In this document: in pieces, positions 1-11,192 of the stretch | How positions within the stretch are numbered: position 1 is the stretch's first letter | How the letters are laid out: every line of letters begins with the position of its first letter | Assembly (NCBI RefSeq): GCF_001194135.2 | Contig: NC_069006.1 | Coordinates: forward strand, 22,059,185-22,096,510 | Direction: 5' to 3' | DNA from: Octopus bimaculoides | Taxonomy: Eukaryota | Length of the DNA stretch: 37,326 nucleotides | Made by a program: the position numbers and the translations under genes | Notes under the pieces: model-generated | What the model was told of the DNA's origin: nothing | Databases searched by the model: none | The model's input: only the letters and a program-made list of their open reading frames with translations

Positions 1-113
1 ATTACTATAAAAAAATATAGATAAAATGAAAAGAATTTTTTTAAGAAACAGTAAAAAATACAATGAGAAAAATAAAGAGATGAAGTGAGGGAAAGCATGT
101 AGTTGTAAGCATA

Positions 114-114
<1 letters not shown>

Positions 115-189
<75 letters not shown>

Positions 190-278
190 CATTTGTGAGT
201 GGGTGCATCTGTGCATATATATATATATATATATATAAGTATATATCTCTGAGTGGGAGTGTGTGTGTGTGTATATAC

Positions 279-312
<34 letters not shown>

Positions 313-315
313 GTA
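115..315. repeat. Compound (GT)n/(TA)n microsatellite
   Basis: Directly visible dinucleotide runs; source of the YI/CV/HT-rich pseudo-ORFs at 41-370. Confidence 0.95.
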
Positions 316-988
316 TATATGAGCCCTTGATACAGAGATGAAGAATTTTACGTACATATACACACTTCATATATACCTATCTAACTACCTACACACTGGT
401 TTGCTTATCTTTGCTCGTGTAAATTTTTCTCCTTTTTCTTCTTTTTTTCTTTTCTTTTGTATTATCATTTCATGCTTTTTTTGTTGTTGTTTTTCCTTTT
501 AGAATTTACCACATTTCAGCCTTTTATGTTTACTTAGTTGAATTAAATAAAGCACTAATATGTTTTTTTTTTCTCTCAATGCTGCTTCTCATCATATTGT
601 ATTTGCCCCACCCCTCAAAAATAAAAAATAAAAGCCGAAAACAGAAAAGAAACCCGACAAATTAAAAAAAAAAAAATGAACAGCTTATATTTGGTAAAAG
701 CAACATTTTCAAAGGAGAGACAAAATGTCTAAAAAGCAAAAAGAAATAAACATATAGAAAACAAAGTAAAAAGCAGACAAAAAATAGCAAAAATTTAAAC
801 CATTTCTCTTGAATTTGGTTCAGTACAGTTCAAGAGGACGCACAGACAAGGTTCAATGATGGCGAGTTAGGAATGGCAGAGTGGAGCCTAGGTTGAAAGA
901 ATTAGTTGTATTGTAGTCTAACAATGAAAGGCAGACTTAACGGAATAATTATGGCGGAATAGAACCAATAGATGTTACAAATTAAAAT

Positions 989-992
989 ACAT

Positions 993-1028
<36 letters not shown>

Positions 1029-1069
1029 GCATATATAAGGCATGCATGTATATGTGTGTGTTAATAGGA

Positions 1070-1112
<43 letters not shown>

Positions 1113-1295
1113 CACACACACACATATATATATATATACATACATGCACACACGCATATATATGTATCAGGAGATATACTTATTAAATTCTACCATGCAG
1201 AGACACATATGTGTTTCTGTATGTAATGTATGTGAGTGCTTGCATACATACACACACACACATATATTCATTACGTGTGTGCATGTGTGTGTGTG

Positions 1296-1335
<40 letters not shown>
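989..1335. repeat. Compound (CA)n/(TA)n/(TG)n microsatellite
   Basis: Directly visible interleaved dinucleotide runs. Confidence 0.95.
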
Positions 1336-1336
<1 letters not shown>

Positions 1337-1409
1337 TGAATAAATATCATTGATTTCCTTTTGTCTCTTGGCAAACACATTACATTCCTACAAGAGTAGA
1401 AATGCAACA

Positions 1410-1500
1410 ATGAGGGAGACTCGTAGGTGGTTGCTCTACCTGCTAAAAATAGCAAAGGAAACAAATCTTCTGAAAATCACATCCACTCAGCTAAAGAATA
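1410..1500 (-). mobile_element. Repeat family F, 3' part (unclassified short interspersed repeat)
   Basis: Reverse complement reads GTGATTTTCAGAAGATTTGTTTCCTTTGCTATTTTTAGCAGGTAGAGCAACCACCTACGAGTCTCCCTCAT, matching the GAGATTTGGCTACTATTTCTAG motif seen at 6756, 18895, 31719 and 32116. Confidence 0.7.
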
Positions 1501-1732
1501 GGAAGGCCATATTACATAATATGACAGTAAAAAATGTGATGTCAACAGGCAGGCTTTTCAATGAATGTCTATGTTGAATTTTATAGTAGTAAATAGTTAA
1601 GTATTTCGAAAACACTTGTACCCTTAATGTAATAATCAAGCTGTGTGACAGTATATGAAGTACAGTGTCCACTTTGCAAGTATGGAAAAGGGGACATTAA
1701 AAATACGTGGATGATTATATATATATATATAA

Positions 1733-2055
1733 GTGCTCAAATGGCTGTATGACAAGGAGTTTGTTTACTAGTCACATGATTCCCGGTTCAGTTCCAGCAT
1801 GTGAAAATTGGACACGTGTCTTCTATAGTCCTGGACCAAACAAATCTTTGAGAGTGGATTTGGTAAACAGAGTCTGAAAGAGATATATAAGTATATCTTT
1901 ATATATCTATGTATGTGATGCTGTCTCTTTGTATTGATGTTGCATGATATAAGGAAATATTACCTTATTTGGAAACAAGAGAGGGTTGTTGATATAAAGA
2001 GCATACTTCCATAGAAAAACCTGTCTCAATAAATTCCATTTGACCCATGAGGCTC
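1733..2055 (+). mobile_element. Composite SINE: family A tRNA-like head + microsatellite + family E body/tail
   Basis: Head ATGGCTGTATG...GGTTCAGTTCC...GTGGATTTGGTAAAC as in other A copies, then a TA-rich spacer, then GGAAATATTACCTTATTTGGAAACAAG...GACCCATG as in E copies (5940, 22160, 36360). Confidence 0.7.
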
Positions 2056-2074
2056 TTGTGCTGGTAGAATGTAA

Positions 2075-2362
2075 AAAAGTGTCCTTCAAACGTTGGGCCT
2101 CACAAAGGTGATAATTGACTGAGATCTTTGGTGATATGCCATGCTTAAGAAGTCTCATCAAGCCAAGTGAAATTGTAGTTGTGGCCAATGCCAGTGTCAC
2201 ATAGAATGCACCCATTACACTCTGAGAGTGGTTGGCATTAGGAAGGGCATCCAGCCATAGAAACCAGATTGGAATTTAGTGCAGCTCTCCAGCTTACCGG
2301 TTTCAGTCAAACTGTCTAACCCATGCCAGCATGGAAAGCAGACACTAAATGAGGATGATGAT
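2075..2362 (+). mobile_element. 5'-truncated RTE-clade LINE 3' end (family D) with degraded ORF C-terminus
   Basis: 2081-2170 translates VLQTLGLTKVIID*DLW*YAMLKKSHQAK*, resembling the C-terminus of RTE RT ORFs; followed by GGAAGGGCATCCAGCC...AACCCATGCCAGCATGGAAAG and a GATGAT tail. Confidence 0.75.
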
Positions 2363-2599
2363 TCTAATCAAAATAAACAAAATGGAGATTAAAGTATGAG
2401 GTGCCTTTTGACAAGTCATATGATGAGGCACATCTGCACAGAATGATGTACCACAACTACTTGTACAGAATGGCACCTATGAGCATGGCTACAGTTGTAA
2501 TCCAAATGGAAGTCATATGGTTAGACAAACGTATATCCATCTCTCGTACTTCCTGATTTTATGCCACATATACACACATATACACACATATACTGCAGT

Positions 2600-2878
2600 G
2601 GACTCTGTTGTAAATGATAGATGAGCATTCTGCAATTTTTTGCTGAACAACCTGCACAGATGATTTGTTTACAGTGGTCAAATATTTGTGCTGTACATGA
2701 GCTCTTGACATTGTCTGTATTTTTGCACAGTGTGCCACATGCCAGCTGCTGAAGTGATTGTAGATGGATGTGAAATAAAGTGTTTTGCTCAAGAACACAA
2801 CACAATGCCATGTCCAGGAATTGAAACCGTAATATTCCAATCCTGAGTGAAACACCTTAACCACAGTGCCATGTACCT
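2600..2878 (-). mobile_element. SINE family C (tRNA-like head, body type 1)
   Basis: Minus strand TGGCACTGTGGTTAAGG...GGTTTCAATTCC...GTGTTCTTGAGCAAAACACTTTATTTCAC, the same head as 35545-35650. Confidence 0.7.
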
Positions 2879-2889
2879 TCATATGATTA

Positions 2890-2956
2890 TATGTGTGTGT
2901 GTATGTATGTGTGTGCAAATGTATATATATATGCATATATATGTATATATATGCAT

Positions 2957-3029
<73 letters not shown>

Positions 3030-3053
3030 NNNNNNNNNNNNNNNNNNNNNNNA

Positions 3054-3109
<56 letters not shown>

Positions 3110-3130
3110 AGTGTGCGTGTATATACACAC
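2890..3130. repeat. Compound (TG)n/(TA)n microsatellite spanning N gap 3030-3052
   Basis: Directly visible. Confidence 0.95.
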
Positions 3131-3493
3131 AGACATATGTATGCGTTATTTTTTTGAAAATATTGAAGAATCACACAAAAGCAGCGTGTCTATTCAGTTC
3201 TCTTAATAAGGATAAGTAGAAAAAGCTATTTGGTGTGAAATTTTGATTAAATAATTTATTGTAATCACTTTTGACAAACCTAATAAAATATTCATCTCCA
3301 AAACTGTCATTTCAGCACAAACATGCCATACAGATATTTCGAGTGAAATTACAGGACTTCCAAATTTCTTCCAAACTTTGTTGTTTCAGTCAAGATTATT
3401 GCTCCAATATATGTATCTTCTTCCACTTTTGCGAAAAAACTATCCTCATTATAGGCAACAGGCAAAAATGTTGGTAAATATGTATGCATAAGT

Positions 3494-3900
3494 GCAGGTG
3501 TGTCTGTGTGGGAAGAAGTTTGCTTCCCAACCTCATTGTTCCAGGTTCAGTCCTACTGAGTGGCATCTTGGGCAAATGTCTTCTATTATAGCCTTGGTTC
3601 GATCAAAGCCTTGAGTGGATTTGGCAAATGGAAACTGAAAGAAGCCTGTCATATAGATAGATAGATAGATATTGTGTATGTGTGTACTTGTATCTGTGTT
3701 TGTTCCCCCCCCACCACCACCACCACCACTTAACAACTAATGTTGGTGTGTTTATGTTCCTATAACAGCGGTTTCGCAAAAGAAACTGATAGAATAAAGC
3801 CATGCTTATAAAGGGGTTGATCCATTCGACCAAAATTCTTCAAGGTGGTGCCTTAGTGTGGCTACAGTGCAATGACTGAAGCAAGTAAAATATAAAAATA
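3494..3900 (+). mobile_element. SINE family A, near full length
   Basis: A-box-like GTGTCTGTGTGG, B-box-like GGTTCAGTCC, CTTGGGCAAATGTCTTCTATTATAGCC core, internal (TAGA)n, 3' end ATGACTGAAGCAAGTAAAA. Confidence 0.85.
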
Positions 3901-3924
3901 TGTACATATGTATGATATATATTT

Positions 3925-4125
3925 TCATTATCATCACCACCATCATCATCATTTAGTGCCCATCTTCCATGCTGGCATGGGTTGGACAGTTTAAGAGGAA
4001 CTGATGTCTTGAAGTACAGCATCATGCTACAATGTTTGCTTTGGAATGGATTCCCTTCCTAATGTGAACCACTTTACAGCATGTACAAGAGTCCTTTTTC
4101 GTGGTACTGGCATGAGACCACCATG
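3925..4125 (-). mobile_element. RTE LINE 3' tail (family D)
   Basis: (CAT)n then TTCCATGCTGGCATGGGTTGGAC...CCCTTCCTAATG = reverse complement of the tail at 2230-2362. Confidence 0.8.
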
Positions 4126-4522
4126 CAGTTAACAGAAATACGAAACCAGGGGTCGAGCGAAAGTAGCTTTATGCCAAAAGATGAAGGTTGAGATATTGGA
4201 GAAGGCAGTGGGGCTCTGCAGATTCTAAAAACAATTTAACATTAAACTGAAGAATTACTGAATACTATTTTGAACAGGCAGAAACTTTCAATTCACTATC
4301 ACCCCTCTTCTTGTAAAAGTATATGTGTAAGTGTGTGTATGCATGTATCAATATATATCTATTTATATATGTACATGTATCTCTGTGCATGTGTATTCAT
4401 GCACATTTATAATCTATATGTACACAGAAACACAACAAGGGAATATAATAGAAACGTATGAAGATTCACAGAAAAAAAAGCAAAGAACCATAGATTCTAT
4501 ATAGAAAAATAACAGGTTTTTA

Positions 4523-4569
4523 CTCCGACCTTACAAGGTTTCAAGTAAATCAACACACTCACCAGTGAG
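4523..4569 (-). ncRNA. Degenerate type I hammerhead-ribozyme-like motif (possible Penelope-like element relic)
   Basis: Minus strand CTGGTGA-G-(15 nt)-GAAAC-CTTGTAAG-GTC: core words in the correct order, near-palindromic stem III ACCTT/AAGGT and a GUC triplet; one core mismatch, and stems I and II are imperfect. Confidence 0.4.
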
Positions 4570-5834
4570 ATGAAATAGTATTTATTGACAAAATATTCAA
4601 CTTTTCAGGACGTGTTTCAATGAATGCTATGTTATCAAAAATCGTAAAATATTTGAAAAAAAATATGAAGAAAAGTTCCTTGTTAGGCTGGGATTCATTG
4701 AACATCAAATGTCAAATCATTTTATACACTATACAGAAACCATATATCGTGTGTTAAGATGATTTGATATTCACTGAATGCTCTCACATCAAGGGTCTTG
4801 TGTTTGTTTTTGTCTTTTGTGTTGTTTTTCAAATTGCTTCAAATATTATAAGATTTTTAGATGTTTTTTTTTTTTTTNNNNNNNNNNNNNNNNNNNNGGG
4901 GGGGGGGGGGCTTTTTATAAAATGGACTACACTGCTGAATGGAAGTGTCCTGAAGATTTCAATATTATGTGATTAAATGTTATTTTAGCTTGGAAACGAG
5001 TGTGTTGAATCTTAAGTTCTAAGAAACCAGTTATTTGTATATGTGAGGGATAGAGAGAGGTTTACGCATATATAAATACATCTATGTATGTGTGTGCATA
5101 TGTGTGTGTATATATATATATATATATAGACCTATGTGTGTATGTATATGTATATATACAGACCTATGTATATATGTATGCATATATATATATACATATA
5201 CGTGTGGTGCGTATGTGTGCCTTGATGTGCAAGTGATTGAATGAATCCTTATCTTCATGGTTGAAGGTTGGCTATCTACACTCACGCATGCACGTGCACA
5301 CACACACACACACACACAAATATATTATTAAATCAAGAGAATCCAAGAAAATTGTTTGTCTTTTTTTGTTCAAAGAACACGTCAGGGGCTTAGAAATCCA
5401 TGTGGATAGCAGCCATTTATAGTAGTTCGTAGAGTAAAATTTACTAAAAAATTATAAAAACAATAAAAAAATAATAATAAACTGATACAAAGCCATAAAG
5501 GTTGGTACTGATATTTGTTATCATATATTCATATATATAAAGTCATTATATATTACATATAGTCATATTATATATAGTCAGAAAAAATAGACACTCATAT
5601 ATTTGGCCATAAAGGGATAAATCAAAGTATACAGCATTTTAAATCCATATCAGCTAATCTTAAAAATCAGTTCCACACTAAGCATTAAATAACCAGATAT
5701 TTGACAAGACTATGGTTAAGTAGTAATACCATGTGCTCTTCAGATATAGCAGGTATGGAGAAAAATATGGTAACTAATTATCTCTTTGATGAATACAGTC
5801 TGCTGGTTTGGCTACATATATGTGTGTGTGTGTG

Positions 5835-6090
5835 TGTGAGTGAGAAAATGTTTTTCCTTGTCATGATATCACATGACAGTTGTAAATGAATGACACTGTC
5901 ATGCCAACAGTATCCTTTACTTCCAATCTTTCATGGTCATGGGGAAATATTACCTTACTTGGAGACAGATGAGGGTTAGCAACAAGAATAACATCCAGCC
6001 ACAGAAAATCTACCTTAACAAATTCCCTCTGACCCAGGTGAGCATGAAAAAGTGAACGTTTAAACAATAATGATGATGATAATGATGATA
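5835..6090 (+). mobile_element. SINE family E body with RTE-like tail
   Basis: TCCTTGTCATGATATCAC...CATGGGGAAATATTACCTTACTTGG...CATCCAGCCACAGAAAATCT...GACCC...GCATGAAAAAGTGAACGTTTAAAC then (GAT)n. Confidence 0.8.
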
Positions 6091-6225
6091 TTGAAGTCTT
6101 CAGAAAATCCATACTAATGTCCTGATCATCTTGAAAACATGTTATTCATAGATTTATAATACACAAGTGTGCATTATAATACAGAGTAAACAATTGTTTT
6201 TTAAAAATTTTTTTAACATCATTTA

Positions 6226-6583
6226 TCTTTTACTTGTTTCAGTCATGGGACTGTGACCATGCTGGGGCACCACTTTGAAGGATTTGGCCAAATGAATTGA
6301 GTCCAGTACTTATTTCTAAGCTTGGTACTCATTCCATTGGTTCCTTTTGTAGAACCATTAAGCCACAGAGATGTAAACAAACCTACACCAGTGGTCAAGT
6401 TATCACTTAACATGCGCACACACACATATAGTGAACTTCTACACAATTTCCATCAACCAAATCCACTCACAAAGCACTGGTCTCCCAGTGTTATGTTACA
6501 ACACACTTACCCAAGTTGCCATGCAGTGGGACTGAACCCAAAGCCATATGGTTGTAAAGGATGCTTCTTAACCTCACATGCCT
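6226..6583 (-). mobile_element. SINE family A, near full length
   Basis: TTTTACTTGTTTCAGTCAT...AAATCCACTCACAAAG...GCAGTGGGACTGAACC = reverse complement of A tail, core and head. Confidence 0.85.
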
Positions 6584-6744
6584 TGTTCTTATTTTTCTCC
6601 TGGATTTTTAACTTTAAAACAGTTTTTTGTTTTTAAAAAATACTTTCCATTTAAAGTACACACATAATTATTTATTTGATTACTTGTATGCTAGGAAATC
6701 AAAAAGATTCAGAACTATGATAGAAAGATATGAATCAAGTAAGA

Positions 6745-6830
6745 AGTGGAGGGGGAGAGATTTGGCTACTATTTCTAGTAGGTTGAACCAGCACATAGAG
6801 AAAAAGACTACCTCCTTGCTCATTATTGGC
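6745..6830 (+). mobile_element. Repeat family F, 3' part
   Basis: GAGAGATTTGGCTACTATTTCTAGTAGGTTGAACCAGCACATAGAG. Confidence 0.7.
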
Positions 6831-7094
6831 TTGACTGTTTATGTAGATAGAAAGATTTCTATGGTAGCTAAATATAGATGAATGCAACACAAAGATCAAT
6901 ACAATAGCCGTGGAGAGTTCGACTTGGAGTTGGAAGGAATAAATATGAAGATAAAATCTAGAGTTGAAGCCAACCATTTAAATTATAAAAATAAATTTGA
7001 ATATGTAGCCAAACCAGCAGACTGTAAAATAGACACATCTATTAAATTAAACAGAAACGATTGGAAGAGTTAGATGTTCTCTGTATAAATCTAT

Positions 7095-7133
7095 GTGTTT
7101 GTGTTTGCGTGTGGGAGGGTGTGTGTATATGTA

Positions 7134-7164
<31 letters not shown>

Positions 7165-7512
7165 TTAAGTGTATATGTGTGTGTATATATGTACATGTGC
7201 AAGTGTCTAGGTGTAAATGTGCTTGTGTGTGTGCTTTTTATGTTCGGAAGACACATGCTCACATACACCCCTTTCCCTCATTTCACATATATTAGGTGGG
7301 TTTGTGTGTAAACACATACACACACACACATATGTATATATGTGTGTGTTTGCATTATATATATGGAGATAGACAAGCGTATTTGTGTGTATGTGTGTTA
7401 AACACACATACTCATATATACATACATAAATTCAAACATATGAATATATAAAAAGTCATACACATATATATATGTATGAACAACTTTGTATACATGCTTG
7501 TGAGTGTTTATG

Positions 7513-7543
<31 letters not shown>

Positions 7544-7620
7544 TGAGAGAGAGAAACACACACATATGCACAACATAATACACATGCATACACACATATA
7601 CCTACTGATGCTCACACACA
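7095..7620. repeat. Degenerate (TG)n/(CA)n/(TA)n/(GA)n low-complexity block
   Basis: Directly visible. Confidence 0.9.
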
Positions 7621-8194
7621 TAAATCACATACATACACAGATTATGAAAGTTGCTAAGGGTAGAGCAGGATTGTAGTCCAAGACTTTAACTCAATGTTGT
7701 TAATGATGGTGATGATGATAACGATGATGAAAAAATGATGATGACAATGATAATGATGATATACACACACAACCACATATGTAAACATACCTACATATGC
7801 CTGTACATACATAATTATGTATATATATGTACATAATCTTTATGTATATATAAATATTTATAACTTTATATTCAAGATATAGCTTTACACTCATACACAT
7901 GCACACTCACACACACGCACATTTATATGTGCAAGTATATAAATAACTGCGTGTAAAATTACTAGTGTAATTATGGATGTGTGTGTGTCCCAGTGAGTGA
8001 TCGTATATGTATCAAAAAGATATATATATATATACGCTTTTTTCTTTTGACTAATTATCCAATTATAACATTCTCATTACAACACATATGTGTGTGTGTA
8101 TATCATATATATATATAAGTTCGGCTTTCAAATAAACCTACAGTATCAACATTTATTTACATAGAAATGTCACTGTATTATATCTACATAAATA

Positions 8195-8400
8195 GTAGAT
8201 GATGATGATGGTGACAAAGGTACTGATGAAATGATACCAGTGATGATGATGATGATGATGATGGAAGGTATGATGATGTGGAAGGTGGTAGACATTGCTG
8301 CTGCTGAAGACAATACCTATGGAAAATGATGAAAACGATCACTATGATTATGATGATATGGAAGAAGATGACGATGGTGGTAATGTAGATGGTGAGGTGG
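8195..8400 (+). repeat. Degenerate (GAT)n trinucleotide repeat
   Basis: GATGATGAT runs with substitutions; produces Asp-rich pseudo-ORF 8295-8498, with stops and frame changes along the tract. Confidence 0.8.
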
Positions 8401-8512
8401 GTGCTATCAAGATCATGACACTGAAGCATTTGATTTGCATGCAACCAACAACTTTCAAATCGCTACAATTAAATGGGAGATGCAATAGGCCAATTTAAAT
8501 GATGATGACAAT

Positions 8513-8573
<61 letters not shown>

Positions 8574-8705
8574 TCATAAGAGTGGTACAACAAGGCACAG
8601 ATATTTACTAGACAATAGCAATCGATATAAATACGACGCTATTGTATAGCTTCACTGCGTATATACTGGCAAAAATGCGTGTGTGCAACAAACATNNNNN
8701 NNNNN

Positions 8706-8741
<36 letters not shown>

Positions 8742-8742
8742 T

Positions 8743-8782
<40 letters not shown>
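8706..8782. repeat. (TAGA)n tetranucleotide microsatellite beside N gap 8696-8705
   Basis: Directly visible. Confidence 0.95.
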
Positions 8783-8783
<1 letters not shown>

Positions 8784-8920
8784 CATCTATATGTTCTAAG
8801 GGTATGTATAGGAATTTATATAAAGTTATTTCTCCTTGGTTTTAGTTGGGCTTTTAGAACTGCTATAATTTTGCACAGCTTATAGATTCATGGAATTTAC
8901 CAGTATTGGTTTAAGTAGGC

Positions 8921-9326
8921 CCAGGTGTGACTGTATGGTAAGAAGTTTGCCTTCCCCACCATATGATTCCAGGTTCATTTCCATTGCATGCCACCTTGGA
9001 CAAGTGTTCTTTATTATAGCTCCAATTCGATTAAAGCCTTGTGAGTAGATTTGGTAGATGGAAACTGAAAGAAGCTTGTCATGAATATGTGTGTATATAT
9101 GTGTGTGCATGTGTCTTTCTACTTGTGTTTGTGTCCACCATCCCTTGACAAATGGTGTTGGTCTGTTTATGTCCTTACAACTTAGCAGTTTAGCAAAAGA
9201 GACTAATAAAATAAGTTCCAGACTTGAAACAGTAAGTACTGGGGCTGATTTGTTTGACTAAACCCATCAAAGCAGTGCCCCAGCATGGCTGCAGTTCAAC
9301 GACTGAAGCACATAAAAGATAAAAGA
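8921..9326 (+). mobile_element. SINE family A, full length
   Basis: GGTGTGACTGTATGGTAAGAAG...CACCTTGGACAAGTG...GGAAACTGAAAGAAGC...GTGCCCCAGCATGGCTGCAG...ATAAAAGATAAAAGA. Confidence 0.88.
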
Positions 9327-9699
9327 TTCTCAGATGTTGGTGAGTGTTGAAGTTACTTTGGGCTTTTGGTGTTTTAAGTGTATACTAGTGATTTCATTTG
9401 GCTCTGAGTATTTTGAAATGCTAGATTTCCCTATTGTTATTTGGAATACTTGATGGAAGAAAGTGGTGGCCACTCCCAAGGTTGGAATGGAAAAAGCATA
9501 TTTTTTGTTTTTGATAAGTGCCTATAGCTTGGAGATCGCGGTTTCTGTCCTGGTTGAGCTGCTACTTCCCTGCATCTGGTACTATAGGAATATAATTACA
9601 CTGTCAGAAAATAGGGCCACATATTCTGTTCTTGACTCTTCATGTGATTCTTGATTGTCTGATTAGGCTATTTACTTGAGGTGGTAGTGTGAATATATT

Positions 9700-9878
9700 A
9701 TTTCAGGTTGTTACTATTACATGTAACATTCTGCTATCTTCAATTCGGTTTTCATGCCGATTCCACCAAGGTTGACTTTGTCTTTCATGCTTTGGCATTG
9801 AGCACTGCGGTCGATGTAATCAACTTACCCCCTCCCCAGAAATTGCCAGCCTTGTGCCAAAATTTCAAACCAGTATTA
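9700..9878 (+). mobile_element. SINE family B (internally deleted copy)
   Basis: TTCCACCAAGGTTGACTTTGTCTTTCATGC...GGTCGATGTAATCAACTTACCCCCTCCCC...CCTTGTGCCAAAATTT matches 25003-25220 and the reverse complement of 19365-19572. Confidence 0.7.
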
Positions 9879-10738
9879 CAAAGTCTGCCCTGAAACACAT
9901 AAAGCATGTGTTTATTATTAATACACATAATTTTTTTATCATTACATGTAATAAATATATTTAGTGATGCTGTGAATTTTGTCTTTCAGATGCCATGGTG
10001 TAGTTTCAGAAAGATTTTACTGCTAAGCCTTCATTGTGTATGCTTCAAATTTCCAGTTGGCTAAAATTATATAACTTTGATTGTCTCTAACTTCTTTATT
10101 ATTAATTTGTACAAAATATGAATGCAATTTTCCTCATCAACATGCAAAGCAATATGTAAACTACATTTTTTGAGAATAATCTAGTGAAAATTTAAAATGC
10201 TTCAAGTCAATGGAAGAAATTTAACAAGATCTTTACTAATCACTACAATTAACTCAAACGTGGTTATTTCTAATGTTGGAAACATTTGTGATTTAACAAA
10301 CTCCAACATTATTACTTTGGCTTGTTTTGATGACAAATACTATTCTAGCTTAATTCTTGAATTTGAAACTTTAATAGTTTCATTGGAATTTAACTAAATT
10401 ATTACGATGCATATTATAATATAAAAGTGAATATTTCTTTGTTGTATCAAATTTTTAATAAATTTTATCATCTCTTTTAACTATCATAAACATTGGAATA
10501 TTCAAAATTAAAATGTGTTTTAGATTGTAAAAATACAGCTGACTTATGCATTTTGAAGTACCAACATCATGTAAACAAGCTTTATTGGACATATACTGCA
10601 AGTTAAAACCAAAGAAGTTGAATATTATAAATGGACAGACATGTACATGTACACACAAACACATTTGTATCATCCGTCTACAGAGGCAGACATGTTCACA
10701 CAAATACAAACAAAGACAACACTCACATTTGTATACAC

Positions 10739-10742
<4 letters not shown>

Positions 10743-10794
<52 letters not shown>

Positions 10795-11192
10795 NNNNNN
10801 NNNNNNNNNNNNNNNNNNNNNNNNNNNNNNNNNNNNNNNNNNNNNNNNNNNNNNNNNNNNNNNNNNNNNNNNNNNNNNNNNNNNNNNNNNNNNNNNNNNN
10901 NNNNNNNNNNNNNNNNNNNNNNNNNNNNNNNNNNNNNNNNNNNNNNNNNNNNNNNNNNNNNNNNNNNNNNNNNNNNNNNNNNNNNNNNNNNNNNNNNNNN
11001 NNNNNNNNNNNNNNNNNNNNNNNNNNNNNNNNNNNNNNNNNNNNNNNNNNNNNNNNNNNNNNNNNNNNNNNNNNNNNNNNNNNNNNNNNNNNNNNNNNNN
11101 NNNNNNNNNNNNNNNNNNNNNNNNNNNNNNNNNNNNNNNNNNNNNNNNNNNNNNNNNNNNNNNNNNNNNNNTATATATATATATATATATAT
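10743..11192. other. Assembly gap (N 10795-11171) flanked by (TA)n
   Basis: N run with (TA)n on both sides. Confidence 0.98.

Larger units (their letters stand above)
5794..7026. mobile_element. Putative non-autonomous Tc1/mariner-type element defined by perfect 24-bp TIRs and TA flanks
   Basis: TA-CAGTCTGCTGGTTTGGCTACATAT (5794-5819) and ATATGTAGCCAAACCAGCAGACTG-TA (7001-7026) are exact reverse complements; no transposase inside. Confidence 0.55.

Noticed and set aside
1386-1445. Apparent minus-strand exon (TTTTTAGCAG|GTAGAGCAACC..., VEQPPTSLPHCC)
   Set aside because: The sequence is the tail of repeat family F; the splice-like signal is part of the repeat.
6627-7073. Two in-frame ORFs separated by one TGA (possible read-through gene)
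   Set aside because: It runs through an F repeat and across the right TIR at 7001-7024, has no recognisable domain and no splice support.
8295-8498. Acidic Asp-rich ORF
   Set aside because: Explained by a degenerate (GAT)n tract; the frame changes along the tract and there are no splice signals.
9990-10064. Strong plus-strand acceptor (TTTTGTCTTTCAG|ATG) with a 24-aa ORF
   Set aside because: No matching donor or recognisable product; an isolated acceptor is expected by chance in T-rich DNA.
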